A DNA stretch of 32,000 nt from Candidatus Saganbacteria bacterium (GTDB taxonomy: Bacteria > Margulisbacteria > WOR-1 > JAKLHX01): positions 90,001-122,000 of the forward strand of contig JAPLKZ010000013.1 of assembly GCA_026387835.1 (NCBI GenBank), given 5' to 3'. The position numbers and the translations under genes are program-made. The notes below the pieces were generated by a model, which was not told the DNA's origin, did no database searches, and saw nothing but the letters and a program-made list of their open reading frames with translations. This document shows positions 9,559 to 18,481 of the stretch, piece after piece (position 1 is the first letter of the stretch; the number at the start of each line of letters is the position of its first letter).

Positions 9559-10263
9559 TCAAACGGTCCCGGATAGATAAGCTTTCCTTGTCTTTTCAGG
9601 GAACTTTTCTATCGCGTACCTCAGCATGGTTCGAGGCATCTTCTTGTAATGCCCCTTTAAAAAATCCTCTTCTGTCTTTTGTGAGCATCTTTTTCCCGTC
9701 TCACGAAGCATCCAGCCGACGGCTTTGTGTATGAGGTCGTGCCCGTCATTTAAAAGGACCTTTGCGACCTTCAGGGTTTCTTTCGGATCGCCTCTTTTAA
9801 TATAGTTAAAGGTCGATAATATCGAGATCCTTCTTTCCCAGAGAGAGCTTGATCGCGCAAATTTATACAGGAGGCTTTTATCCTTGTCAGAAAGATATTC
9901 ACCTACTATCTGTTCCGCAGTAAGGTCTATCAGGTCCCAGTTGTTGATGAACCTCGTGTTATTAATGTATATATTAAATATCTTCTGCTTTTCGGCCTTG
10001 TCTGCCTTGCTATACTTCAAAACCAATATCAAAAGAGTGGTTAACCTTTCCTCATGATATTTGGAATGAAGAAGCTTTATGCAGTCGGGCAACGTGATAT
10101 CTCTGAACTTTTTTACAATGTTTCTGACATCCGGCACAACGATACCAAGGAAAACGTCTCCTTCCCCGTACTGCCCGGGCCCGGTCTTGAAGAACCCTGC
10201 CAGTATCTTTGCCTTTTGCGGGGAAGCGCAGTCGCGAAGGTCTTTTTTCAGTTTTGAAAGCAT
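9559..10263 (-). CDS. DNA alkylation repair (AlkD-like, HEAT-like) protein
   Basis: Contains GIVVPDVRNIVKKF, NNWDLIDLTAEQIVGEYL, SSSLWERRISILSTFNYIKRGD, DLIHKAVGWMLRETGKR and MPRTMLRYAIEKFPEKTRKAYL. The start was trimmed to the internal ATG at 10263 (MLSKLKKDLRDC) because the longer track ORF runs through a tRNA gene. Confidence 0.88.
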   Translation of the reverse strand: MLSKLKKDLRDCASPQKAKILAGFFKTGPGQYGEGDVFLGIVVPDVRNIVKKFRDITLPDCIKLLHSKYHEERLTTLLILVLKYSKADKAEKQKIFNIYINNTRFINNWDLIDLTAEQIVGEYLSDKDKSLLYKFARSSSLWERRISILSTFNYIKRGDPKETLKVAKVLLNDGHDLIHKAVGWMLRETGKRCSQKTEEDFLKGHYKKMPRTMLRYAIEKFPEKTRKAYLSGTV

Positions 10264-10283
10264 GATGAAATTATTGTTAAAAT

Positions 10284-10370
10284 CGGAAGGAGCAGGATTT
10301 GAACCTGCGGTGCGCTTGCACGCACAGTAGTTTTCAAGACTACCGCCATAAACCACTCGGCCATCCTTCC
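10284..10370 (-). tRNA. tRNA-Ser(TGA)
   Basis: Minus strand reads GGAAGGA TG GCCGAGTGG...GTAGT CTTGAAA ACTAC...variable arm...GCAGGTTCAAATCCTGC TCCTTCC G. The acceptor stem is 7 bp and the anticodon TGA. Confidence 0.93.
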
Positions 10371-10379
10371 ATGTCCCGC

Positions 10380-10406
10380 TCGCTTGCCCCGAGCCTGTCG
10401 AGGGGG
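10380..10406. repeat. Dispersed hairpin element copy 2 (TCGCTTGCCCCGAGCCTGTCGAGGGGG)
   Basis: Its reverse complement CCCCCTCGACAGGCTCGGGGCAAGCGA matches the dxr insert core at 318-345 (CCCCCTCGACTTCGCTCGGGGCAAGCGA), apart from the AG/TTC loop. Confidence 0.75.
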
Positions 10407-10694
10407 CCACCTCTCCGTAAAATATTGTATCACGGCTGTAGGTGCGTAGGATATCAGCACGACCTCCGGCAAATGACCAAATAATCCCGTTCCCGCGACA
10501 TTTTTTGGAAAAATCAAAATTGAGTGAAATTTCAAAAAATACCTGTCGAGAAGAATATGGCAAGAAATAACAGGCATGTAAAAAATACATCGCCGGTGAA
10601 CAAAGAAAAAACTGAAAGGAGGACTGGAAATACAAAAAAATTGAAGTTTCATAAATGTCCGGGGGCGAAAATATTTAAAGTAAGGAGATAACAG

Positions 10695-11768
10695 ATGATA
10701 GCAGTAAAAGGTTCCACAACAGTCCCGAAATTAGGATTACTGACCGTTCCCCTGCATTTTAAAGAATGCAAGCCAAGGCTCACCGGTATTCAAGATGCGG
10801 CAAGATTTGCAAAGAGCGCGGGATACGATACCCTTCAGGTAGCGATGTTCCCGACAGTAAGCAAAGACGGTACCATAAGGGATTTTTCCGCTATGACAGC
10901 TGATCCCAAGTTCCTTTTGGACAAAGCGAATGCTGCCGAGATCACGGAAGGATTAGCTGCAATAAAGGCTGAAACAGGAGTAGGCATCGATTCTGTATGC
11001 TTCTGCGCCAACCCGCTTGGCAACCTTGAAGACAGAGAACATTTAAAGGCGGTTATCGATGCAGGTGCAGTTCTGGGAGCAAGGTCCGTGGTTACTTTCA
11101 TAGGTAATCCGTTCCCATTAGCCGGCAAACCTCTTTCCGGTGCAGATCTGAGAAAGTTCTTTGTTGATAAGCTGGCGACCGACTATGCGCCGCTGGTCAA
11201 TCAGACAACGCAACTCGGTCTCGAGTTCGACGTTGAAGACTGCCCGATGTACTTCACGATGTCACCCAACGGATCGACACCGATCACGAACATGTTCTTC
11301 ACTCCCGCACTGAAAAGATTAGTTCTAAGTGTATTGCCGGACATAAAGATCCACTTTGATGGGTCGCACACAAGGAATTACCGCGGTGCGAGGGAAGAGA
11401 ACCCGGCTGCTTCAAGGACAATAGCCGAGATCATTGCAGAATTCGGCGATGCTTTCGGGCAATCGATCCACCTGAAGGACGGAGTTGATGATCCTAAGGG
11501 AATGGCTGATCATCTGGGAGCCGGCGACATGTTCGAGCCGAACACTCACACACAGGGATTATGGATCGCAAGAGCACCGGGCAGGGGAGCAATCGACTGG
11601 CTGCACTTTGAAATGGCAATGAAAGCATTTGCCCCACGGTCAACGGCAAGGATAGTAGAGCTGGAAGATACAAGCGCGTCTTCAAGGGCGGACAACGAAC
11701 AGTTGTTCATCGGTGTCGCACAGTTCTACAGAAATATATTTGAACAGGTTTACGGGTCCAAAGGCTGA
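10695..11768 (+). CDS. Sugar phosphate isomerase/epimerase-like TIM-barrel protein
   Basis: KEMNCGHL-type context is absent, but LGLEFDVEDCPMYF, IKIHFDGSHTRNY, GQSIHLKDGVD and IDWLHFEMAMKAFAP fit the xylose-isomerase-like TIM-barrel superfamily. Preceded by an AAGGAG ribosome-binding site. Confidence 0.65.
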   Translation: MIAVKGSTTVPKLGLLTVPLHFKECKPRLTGIQDAARFAKSAGYDTLQVAMFPTVSKDGTIRDFSAMTADPKFLLDKANAAEITEGLAAIKAETGVGIDSVCFCANPLGNLEDREHLKAVIDAGAVLGARSVVTFIGNPFPLAGKPLSGADLRKFFVDKLATDYAPLVNQTTQLGLEFDVEDCPMYFTMSPNGSTPITNMFFTPALKRLVLSVLPDIKIHFDGSHTRNYRGAREENPAASRTIAEIIAEFGDAFGQSIHLKDGVDDPKGMADHLGAGDMFEPNTHTQGLWIARAPGRGAIDWLHFEMAMKAFAPRSTARIVELEDTSASSRADNEQLFIGVAQFYRNIFEQVYGSKG

Positions 11769-11779
11769 TCTGACAATCA

Positions 11780-11803
11780 GGGCGGTCGCCTCGGCGACCG
11801 CCC
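11780..11803 (+). other. Intercistronic hairpin (GGGCGGTCGCC-TC-GGCGACCGCCC)
   Basis: Perfect 11-bp inverted repeat between two co-directional genes. No U-tract follows. Confidence 0.8.
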
Positions 11804-11836
11804 AGGTTCCGGAATAAGAAGAAAGGAGAAAAGAAG

Positions 11837-13027
11837 ATGCCAATAAGTACGACCGAAGTAGCAAACAGCAATTACAGAGTTAGAGTCGGGATAGTCGGCG
11901 GAGGAAGGGGTTTTATCGGTGGAGCTCATAAGGTTGCGATAGGCATGGGCAATAGAGAACTTGTCGCAGGAGCATTGCACCAGAACCCCACAATAGCCGA
12001 ATCAGAAGCTAAGGTTTGGGGTCTTAAGCGCGGATATCCTAATTATGAACAGATGATCAGGGAAGAAGCTTTGCTTCCCGCGGAGCAAAAGATCCAATAT
12101 CTTACGATAGTTACCCCTAACGTCACACACTTTGGAATAGCAAAAATGGCCCTTGAGAACGGGATCCCGGTGTTCTGCGAGAAGCCGCTGACGTTCGACC
12201 TCGCGCAGGCAATCGCACTTCAAAGGCTCGCGAAAGAAAAGAACCTTCCTTTTGGCGTGGCATACACGTACACGGGTTTCTGGGCGACAATGAAGGCAAG
12301 GGACCTGGTTATGAGCGGAGCTCTCGGTAACATAACAAGTGCCGACAGCTGGTACAATCAGGGCTGGCTGGACAAGGCGCTTGAATCAGCAGAGATGGCC
12401 AATGTCGGCGGTCATCAGCAGGCTGAATGGCGCACTGACCCGGCAAGAGCAGGCATTTCATGCTGCGGCGGTGATATCGGCACCCATGCGTTTCAGAATA
12501 TCCGTTTCATAACAGGGCTTGAAGCTCTGAGCGTATACGGATTCCTGAGAAAAGTCGTTCCGGGCCGAAAGCTGGACGATGAATTCCTGGCAGTAGCAAA
12601 TCTCAGTAACGGCGTACAGGCGACAGTCAGAGCATCGCAGATAAGGAGCGGAAAACAGAACGATGTGGGTTTTATGATCAGCGGCACAAAAGGCACGCTC
12701 ACTTGGGACATGCAGAGTTTCACGGAGCTCAGCCTTGAGGGCCAGGGGCCTAAACAGATATTCAGACAGGGGGATGAAGTGTCTGCAGCGCAGGCGCCTT
12801 TTGTCGGTCTTCCCGGTGCACACTGGCATGCACACTATGATGCGTTCGCGGCTCTCCATACAACAATGGAAGCACGCGTAAGGGCTCTCAATGGAGAGGC
12901 AGCGTCGATCTATCCGCACCCAACGGTCGCGGACGGAGTGGCAGGGATGGCGTTCATCAAGGCAACGGTCGAAAGCAACGAGAGAGGTCATATAGTTGCA
13001 CCTGTTGAACAGAACCCGACGAATTGA
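11837..13027 (+). CDS. Gfo/Idh/MocA-family oxidoreductase
   Basis: N-terminal Rossmann motif RVGIVGGGRGFIGGAHKVAIG, then YLTIVTPNVTHFGIAKMALENGIPVFCEKPLTFDLAQA (EKP motif), GGDIGTHAFQNIRFITG and GLPGAHWHAHYDAFAA. Confidence 0.92.
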   Translation: MPISTTEVANSNYRVRVGIVGGGRGFIGGAHKVAIGMGNRELVAGALHQNPTIAESEAKVWGLKRGYPNYEQMIREEALLPAEQKIQYLTIVTPNVTHFGIAKMALENGIPVFCEKPLTFDLAQAIALQRLAKEKNLPFGVAYTYTGFWATMKARDLVMSGALGNITSADSWYNQGWLDKALESAEMANVGGHQQAEWRTDPARAGISCCGGDIGTHAFQNIRFITGLEALSVYGFLRKVVPGRKLDDEFLAVANLSNGVQATVRASQIRSGKQNDVGFMISGTKGTLTWDMQSFTELSLEGQGPKQIFRQGDEVSAAQAPFVGLPGAHWHAHYDAFAALHTTMEARVRALNGEAASIYPHPTVADGVAGMAFIKATVESNERGHIVAPVEQNPTN

Positions 13028-13046
13028 TCGATAGTCCGATAATATT

Positions 13047-13079
13047 AGGCGGGCCGCAAGCGGCCCGCCTTTTCTTTTT
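13047..13079 (+). terminator. Rho-independent terminator
   Basis: AGGCGGGCCGC-AA-GCGGCCCGCCT followed by TTTCTTTTTC. Confidence 0.9.
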
Positions 13080-13166
13080 CATAGGTCCGCCTTGCTTGAT
13101 TTGACCTGCCTTTTGCAATACAATAGAAATAAAGAAGCATTAATTATTCCGGAGGGGGTGAGTTTG

Positions 13167-13385
13167 ATGAAGAAAATGATAGCGATGATCGCCGTTTTGA
13201 TGTTCGTTGCGGTTGTTTATACCGGGTGCGCACCGTCAACAGAAAAAAAGACCGAGACAACAACAACGACAACAATGTCAACAACAGAAACTACAGTGGT
13301 AACAAAGGAAGCAGCAGCCAAACCGGCAGCAAAAACAGGAAAACATTTAAGGCACAAGAAACACAGCAAACACAGAATGAAATAA
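13167..13385 (+). CDS. Small Thr-rich and C-terminally basic lipoprotein
   Basis: MKKMIAMIAVLMFVAVVYTGCAPS is a lipobox-like signal peptide. It is followed by EKKTETTTTTTMSTTETT and a basic tail HLRHKKHSKHRMK. GGAGGGGG ribosome-binding site upstream. Confidence 0.75.
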   Translation: MKKMIAMIAVLMFVAVVYTGCAPSTEKKTETTTTTTMSTTETTVVTKEAAAKPAAKTGKHLRHKKHSKHRMK

Positions 13386-13412
13386 TAATTTTTTACCAGA
13401 CTTAAAACAAGA

Positions 13413-13450
13413 AGCCGCTGGCAGAAACGTCAGCGGTTTTTTTGTTTTGT
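13413..13450 (+). terminator. Rho-independent terminator
   Basis: GCCGCTG-GCAGAAACGT-CAGCGG followed by TTTTTTTTTG. Confidence 0.85.
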
Positions 13451-13538
13451 TAGATAAGTTATTCACTAGACCAAAAAACTGAACTATGTATATGTTCGAT
13501 ACTTGCTATTTCACATAAATAGATTAATATAGAAATAT

Positions 13539-15134
13539 ATGAACATATTACCCTTTTTAAAGAAACCCTCGACGGGTTCGGCATATGAAGACGAACGAAA
13601 TATCTATGTCGGCAACCTGAGCCTGGATGACCGGCCGGCAAGCGATCTGAAAGACCTGAGCGGCTTTTTCAAGAGAATACTTCACAAGAGGATAGACAGG
13701 TTCTGTCCCGACAAAAGAAAGGTCATCACCAGATTTCTCGAAATAAGTGACGCGGCCCATCTGGGATCCATCATTAAAAGGGCTCTCGATCTTGATAAGG
13801 GCCGGATATCGGCAAAACTCCGCGAGGTCATGGCCGAATTTTCCAAAAGGCATAGATCCATCGAGAATATATTTATGCGGAATTACCTGAAAGTCGCGGC
13901 TGCCGCCGAGTCCATATCACCCTCCCCGTCAAAAGAAAAAAAGCTTCTCATAGGATCCCTTTTCACTATGGAATATTCTTATGAATCAACAAGCCTGTTC
14001 AATCCTTCTGTTGTGCTGTATCCAAAGCAGAACGGCCTTAAAAAGGGGCAGGTCAGGGTCGTTTTCTGTTTCAGGGCCACAGGGGAGGGGCATATCTCAT
14101 CGATCATCTTCAGGAGCGCGGTGATAGATAAGAACAATGACATCTATCTTGAGCCGATAAGCCGCTTTGCCTCGACCCCCGCAGTTAACATGGACCCTAC
14201 ATACGAGAAGAAGATCTTCGCTGAAAAATTAAAAGACATAGGTTCGCTGGACGAAACAGCGGCGGCGATACTCGGCCGTCTCCCGGATAATTTTTCGTAT
14301 AACGAACTTATGAACGAGATAAAAGACTTTCTCCCTTCAGGATCAAATGACGTCGGCATGGCATCTAAGCTTTCTCCGGTCAAGATGAAGTGGCTTGCCG
14401 ACTGTAATTATGAGGTCTCATTTCCGCCTGATCAGCTGATATCCGAGAGAGTTTTATTCCCTGTCTCACCTACCGAAAGCAACGGAATGGAGGATGCCAG
14501 GTTCGTGCGTTTTACGCGGGACAGCGGAGATTTTATTTATTACGCGACGTATACGGCATATAACGGCATCTCTATTCTGCCGCAGATACTTGAGACAAAA
14601 GATTTTCATCATTTCAAGATGTCAACACTGAACGGGCCTTTTGCAAAAGACAAAGGCATGGCGCTTTTTCCCAGAAAAATAAACGGCAGATACGCGATGA
14701 TATCAAGGTCCGACGGTGAAAATCTTTTTCTGATGTATTCCGATAATCTGAATTTCTGGTACGAAGCAGTAAAGATGCAGGAACCGAGCCGGACATGGGA
14801 GATGGTCAAGATAGGCAACTGCGGCTCTCCGATAGAGACAAAGGAAGGCTGGCTGCTTTTGACGCATGGCATCGGTCCGATGAGAAAATACTGCATAGGG
14901 ATAGAACTTCTTGACCTGAACGACCCGTCAAAGGTGATCGCGAAGATGGAAGAGCCCCTTTTAAGCCCCACGGAAGAAGAGCGGGACGGTTACGTGCCGA
15001 ATGTCGTATATAGCTGCGGTTCTATCCTTATCCGCGATAAGCTGATCATCCCGTATGCCGAATCCGATTCGGTCTCAAGCATAGCGGTGATAAGGCTTAA
15101 TGAACTTCTTGATAAACTCTTGAAAAAGCGCTGA
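13539..15134 (+). CDS. GH130-like glycosidase/phosphorylase
   Basis: Contains NPSVVLYP, ESNGMEDARFVRF, DKGMALFPRKINGRYAMISR, WEMVKIGNCGSPIETKEGWLLLTHG and IPYAESDS, typical of GH130 five-bladed propeller proteins. Confidence 0.8.
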   Translation: MNILPFLKKPSTGSAYEDERNIYVGNLSLDDRPASDLKDLSGFFKRILHKRIDRFCPDKRKVITRFLEISDAAHLGSIIKRALDLDKGRISAKLREVMAEFSKRHRSIENIFMRNYLKVAAAAESISPSPSKEKKLLIGSLFTMEYSYESTSLFNPSVVLYPKQNGLKKGQVRVVFCFRATGEGHISSIIFRSAVIDKNNDIYLEPISRFASTPAVNMDPTYEKKIFAEKLKDIGSLDETAAAILGRLPDNFSYNELMNEIKDFLPSGSNDVGMASKLSPVKMKWLADCNYEVSFPPDQLISERVLFPVSPTESNGMEDARFVRFTRDSGDFIYYATYTAYNGISILPQILETKDFHHFKMSTLNGPFAKDKGMALFPRKINGRYAMISRSDGENLFLMYSDNLNFWYEAVKMQEPSRTWEMVKIGNCGSPIETKEGWLLLTHGIGPMRKYCIGIELLDLNDPSKVIAKMEEPLLSPTEEERDGYVPNVVYSCGSILIRDKLIIPYAESDSVSSIAVIRLNELLDKLLKKR

Positions 15135-15282
15135 CTGCTATTAACTTCCACGTTTCGCTATTGAACACCTTACTGGTGTTGAAAAAATCAACAGTATTGA
15201 TGGGATAAGTTGTCACGAATTGTCTCACGAATGAGTTTATCGCGAATAACGCCAATAAGAATTTTGCTAATTGTCGCGAATT

Positions 15283-15300
15283 ATCACTAATCACACGAAT
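15283..15300 (+). repeat. Left inverted repeat of the GxxExxY cassette (ATCACTAATCACACGAAT)
   Basis: Its reverse complement matches 15767-15784 at 17 of 18 positions. Confidence 0.75.
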
Positions 15301-15346
15301 CGGGCGGGGAAATTGCTGGTAGGTCCATCATAGGAGGAAATTAATT

Positions 15347-15727
15347 ATGGGCGCAAAACTTATCCATGCCGAATTGAGCTATAAGTTGGTCGGGGTTCTT
15401 TACAAAGTATATAACGAGCTTGGCGGCGGGTATCAGGAAAAAATATATCAATCTGCGGTCAGAAAAGAGTTGAAAAAAAGCGGGATAAATTTTACCGAAC
15501 AATTGGGAATAGATCTGTTATATGACGACAAAAAAATAGGCAGATATTTTCTTGATTTTGTCATTGAGAACAAAATCGTGCTGGAGCTCAAGGTTGTCCC
15601 AAGATTTTCACCCCGCGACATAATGCAGGTGCTCGGTTATCTTAAACAGACCGGACTGGAGCTCGGCATTCTTGCCAGCATGAACAGAAATGGCATTATT
15701 ATGAAACGTATACTGAAAGGAAATTAG
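15347..15727 (+). CDS. GxxExxY protein
   Basis: VYNELGGGYQEKIYQSAVRKEL is the G-x-x-E-x-x-Y region. It is followed by YFLDFVIENKIVLELKVVPRFSPRDIMQVLGYLKQTGLELGILASM, a PDDEXK-like core. AGGAGG ribosome-binding site upstream. Confidence 0.9.
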   Translation: MGAKLIHAELSYKLVGVLYKVYNELGGGYQEKIYQSAVRKELKKSGINFTEQLGIDLLYDDKKIGRYFLDFVIENKIVLELKVVPRFSPRDIMQVLGYLKQTGLELGILASMNRNGIIMKRILKGN

Positions 15728-15766
15728 CGTTATTCGTGTAAATTCGAGTTAATAAGTGAGATCTCT

Positions 15767-15784
15767 ATTCGTGTGATTCGTGAT
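15767..15784 (-). repeat. Right inverted repeat of the GxxExxY cassette (ATTCGTGTGATTCGTGAT)
   Basis: Near-perfect inverted copy of 15283-15300. ATTCGTG-type motifs are clustered around it. Confidence 0.75.
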
Positions 15785-15880
15785 ACAGACAATTCGTGAA
15801 AGATTCGTGATAAATAGGCCTACACACAATTCTCATAATCTGCACTTAACTCATCCTCCATTGCGAAAGTGAGAAGAACT

Positions 15881-18154
15881 TTACTCCAAGTTCTCCAGCT
15901 CGTATTCTTCCATCATCGCAAGTAGTGCAAGAAGGAAAGATACCGTGCTCTCGGCTCCCTGGTTCATGCTGGCGCCGCCCTGCATAAGGCCGTCGGAGCA
16001 TCCTTTTGAGGCCATATCATACATGGGAACTCCCAGATCGTTCTCTCCAAGGAACCAGTCGAACGCCTGTTTCATCTTCTTCAGGTATCCGGTGTCATGC
16101 GTCACCCTGTAGGCCGATTGCAGCGCCATTACCATCGAAGCGGCATCTATGGACTGCTGGTCAAACTGGGCTTTTTTGCCGCCTTTGGTGAACCAGCCGT
16201 TACTTCCCACGACTGAAAGGATGCCGTCCTTAAAAACGATCTTTTCCAAAAAGGCCAGAGATTCTTTCGCGGTCTTCAGCAGTTTTTCGTCTTTAAGGAT
16301 ACTATAAGCATTAAACAGCGACATGGGCATGATCGCGTTATCATAGCAAAGGATATCCTCGAACCATTTCCACTGATCGCCCGCATGCTTCTGATATGCA
16401 CCCTCCAGGTCATTTATTATTTTTTTCAACAGCTCATATGCCTGTTCGTCCGAATTAAATATCCTCAGGTAGCACACTATCCCCAGGGCAGCAAAGGCTT
16501 TGCCTCTAAGATTAAGCTTAGGGATAATATTGAACGATTTCTTGATCATTTCCGCGGCAAAAGACCTGTAGGCCTCGTTCTTTGTCCTCCAGATAAGAAA
16601 CCCAAGCGACCAGATCGCCCTGCCGTTACTGTCGTCCGAGCCCTTTTCCTCCAGATGGTTCCTTTTATAATCTATAAAATTGGCAAAGCCGCCGTCTTCT
16701 TTCTGCATGTACTTGACAAAACTGCAATAGATGGAAAGCAGGTCCTCGGCTTCTTTGTCCTCCAGAAGAGATGCCGCCCACGCGGCAAGCATTATCGCTC
16801 TTGCGTTATCGTCAAGGCAGTAGCCGGTGCTCCTGTCAGGCACGAGATATTTTGCGTGCTGGATCATCCCCGTATCATCGGTCAGCCTTTTTATGTGGGT
16901 CAGGTCAAAGGCCGGCAATCCCATCACCGACGTTGACTTGGGGTAATGCGAAAAGACCGGTTTCTTTTCGGAGGAGACTTTTGAAAGGAGCTCCGCGTAT
17001 TTTGCTGATATCTTCTTCCATGTCATCTGCCTTCCGGACTCATAAGCTTTTTTTTGCAGGGCCTTGAGTTTTTTTTCGTTCATTAAGAGGTCCCTGAGTA
17101 TCTCCGAGAGTTTTTCTGAGTCGTTAAAATCAAACAAATATCCCCTGCCGCCTGACAGCATCTCTTCGGCGTACCAGTAGGGGGTGGAGATTATCGCATT
17201 GCCGGCGCCGATCGCGTACGAAAGAGTGCCGCTGACGACCTGAGCTTTGTTCATATAAGGAGTGATATAGATGTCAGATGCCGAAAGCCAAGCGTAAAGC
17301 TCTTCTATTGTCACGAACCTGTCATCGAAAATGACATAAGGCCTGAGGTTCAGCTTGCCGACAAGCTTGATAAGGCTTTCCCTGTATCTCTCTCCCTGTT
17401 CTTTTTGGACATGAGGATGGGTCTTTCCCAGTATCACGTAAGTGAGGTCGGGAAAATCTTTTATCACGGAAGGCAGTGACTTTATGACCGTCTCTATCCC
17501 CTTGTTGGGGGCTAAAAGGCCGAACGTCAGTATCATCTTTTTGCCTTCAAGCTTGAAGCGTTTTTTATAATGTGAGGAGTCAAGAGAAGTGAAATCCGGC
17601 GTCCCGTGAAGTATCAGCTCTATTTTTTCGCCCGGCGCGTTATAGACATCTTTCAGCAGTTCAATGCTTTTTCTGCTCATGACGACGATATTGTTGGAGC
17701 GCTGGATGATCTCCGACATTATCCTCTTCTGGTTGGCGTTGGGATTTTGAAGCACGGTATGAAGTGTCGTGATAAGCGGCACGTTAAGCCTTGACAGAAG
17801 AGAAAGTATATATATTCCATCCCATCCGCCGAATATGCCGAATTCATGCTGCAGGCAGACAACCTGGGCGTTGCTGGTGTTTATTATGTTGGCGGCATCA
17901 AGATAATCCTTCTGCCTGTTCTGGTTGATAGAAAAGATCACTTCTTTGGGATAATCGTAGATCCGGCCCTCGTCATTTAAAGCGATGGCAAAGATGCTTG
18001 ACTTATCGGACAGCCTTTCGGTGACGGCGTTGCACAGGTCGCTGGTGAAGGTGGCGATGCCGCATATGCGCGGAAGATAGTTCCCGATGAACGCGACATT
18101 AAGTTTTTTCTTGCAGTGGAACATGATCTTGGCCTTTTGTATCCTTGAATCCAA
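15881..18154 (-). CDS. Glycosyltransferase (GT4-like) fused to a C-terminal alpha/alpha-barrel glycosidase-like domain
   Basis: N-terminal half has FIGNYLPRICGIATFTSDLC, FGLLAPNKGIETVIKSLP and YITPYMNKAQVVSGTLSYAIGAGNAIISTPYWYAEE. C-terminal half has repeated helical segments (STGYCLDDNARAIMLA, QFDQQSIDAASMVMALQSAY). Confidence 0.85.
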   Translation of the reverse strand: MDSRIQKAKIMFHCKKKLNVAFIGNYLPRICGIATFTSDLCNAVTERLSDKSSIFAIALNDEGRIYDYPKEVIFSINQNRQKDYLDAANIINTSNAQVVCLQHEFGIFGGWDGIYILSLLSRLNVPLITTLHTVLQNPNANQKRIMSEIIQRSNNIVVMSRKSIELLKDVYNAPGEKIELILHGTPDFTSLDSSHYKKRFKLEGKKMILTFGLLAPNKGIETVIKSLPSVIKDFPDLTYVILGKTHPHVQKEQGERYRESLIKLVGKLNLRPYVIFDDRFVTIEELYAWLSASDIYITPYMNKAQVVSGTLSYAIGAGNAIISTPYWYAEEMLSGGRGYLFDFNDSEKLSEILRDLLMNEKKLKALQKKAYESGRQMTWKKISAKYAELLSKVSSEKKPVFSHYPKSTSVMGLPAFDLTHIKRLTDDTGMIQHAKYLVPDRSTGYCLDDNARAIMLAAWAASLLEDKEAEDLLSIYCSFVKYMQKEDGGFANFIDYKRNHLEEKGSDDSNGRAIWSLGFLIWRTKNEAYRSFAAEMIKKSFNIIPKLNLRGKAFAALGIVCYLRIFNSDEQAYELLKKIINDLEGAYQKHAGDQWKWFEDILCYDNAIMPMSLFNAYSILKDEKLLKTAKESLAFLEKIVFKDGILSVVGSNGWFTKGGKKAQFDQQSIDAASMVMALQSAYRVTHDTGYLKKMKQAFDWFLGENDLGVPMYDMASKGCSDGLMQGGASMNQGAESTVSFLLALLAMMEEYELENLE

Positions 18155-18226
18155 TTATATACTAATAATGGGAGGATAAACTCAAAACTCCGGTTTTGGC
18201 TATGTTATAATTATTTTTGTATACCT

Positions 18227-18299
18227 GAGCCACTAGCTCATCTGGTAGAGCACTTGCCTTTTAAGCAAGTGGTGCCGCGTTCGAGTCGCGGGTGGCTCA
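18227..18299 (+). tRNA. tRNA-Lys(TTT)
   Basis: GAGCCAC...GTGGCTC acceptor stem. Anticodon loop CTTTTAA. T-arm GCGTTCGAGTCGC. Confidence 0.95.
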
Positions 18300-18305
18300 A
18301 ATTAT

Positions 18306-18381
18306 GGGCCCGTGGTGTAGCCTGGTCTAACACGCATGCCTGTCACGCATGAGATCGAGGGTTCAAATCCCTTCGGGCCCG
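18306..18381 (+). tRNA. tRNA-Asp(GTC)
   Basis: GGGCCCG...CGGGCCC acceptor stem. Loop CTGTCAC with anticodon GTC. Confidence 0.95.
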
Positions 18382-18387
18382 TTTGTT

Positions 18388-18460
18388 GGCGGGTTAGCTC
18401 AGTTGGTAGAGCAGTAGCCTGAAAAGCTATGTGTCCTCAGTTCAATTCTGAGACCCGCCA
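18388..18460 (+). tRNA. tRNA-Phe(GAA)
   Basis: GGCGGGT...ACCCGCC acceptor stem. Loop CTGAAAA with anticodon GAA. Confidence 0.94.
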
Positions 18461-18481
18461 AATTATCTTTTTTGCTGTGGG

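Noticed and set aside
8063-10370. Possible RiPP biosynthetic cluster around the YcaO gene
   Set aside because: No precursor peptide, E1-like, TfuA, dehydrogenase or transporter gene is visible. The neighbours are trpB and an AlkD-like gene.
10405-10416. Minus-strand GGAGAGGTGGCC looks like the 5' end of a second tRNA-Ser
   Set aside because: Only 12 nt match a generic tRNA-Ser start and no other tRNA parts follow. Too short to claim a fragment.
9559-10635. 358-aa minus-strand ORF given in the track
   Set aside because: Its N-terminal third runs through tRNA-Ser and the hairpin repeat (APSTGSGQAS peptide). Only the part from ATG at 10263 resembles a DNA alkylation repair protein.
12458-12991. 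Antisense ORF opposite the Gfo/Idh/MocA gene
   Set aside because: Shadow ORF of a well-supported coding region.
13167-13385. ACAACAACGACAACAATG repeats in the small lipoprotein gene considered as a DGR template or microsatellite element
   Set aside because: They simply encode a Thr-rich linker after a lipobox and have no matching VR.
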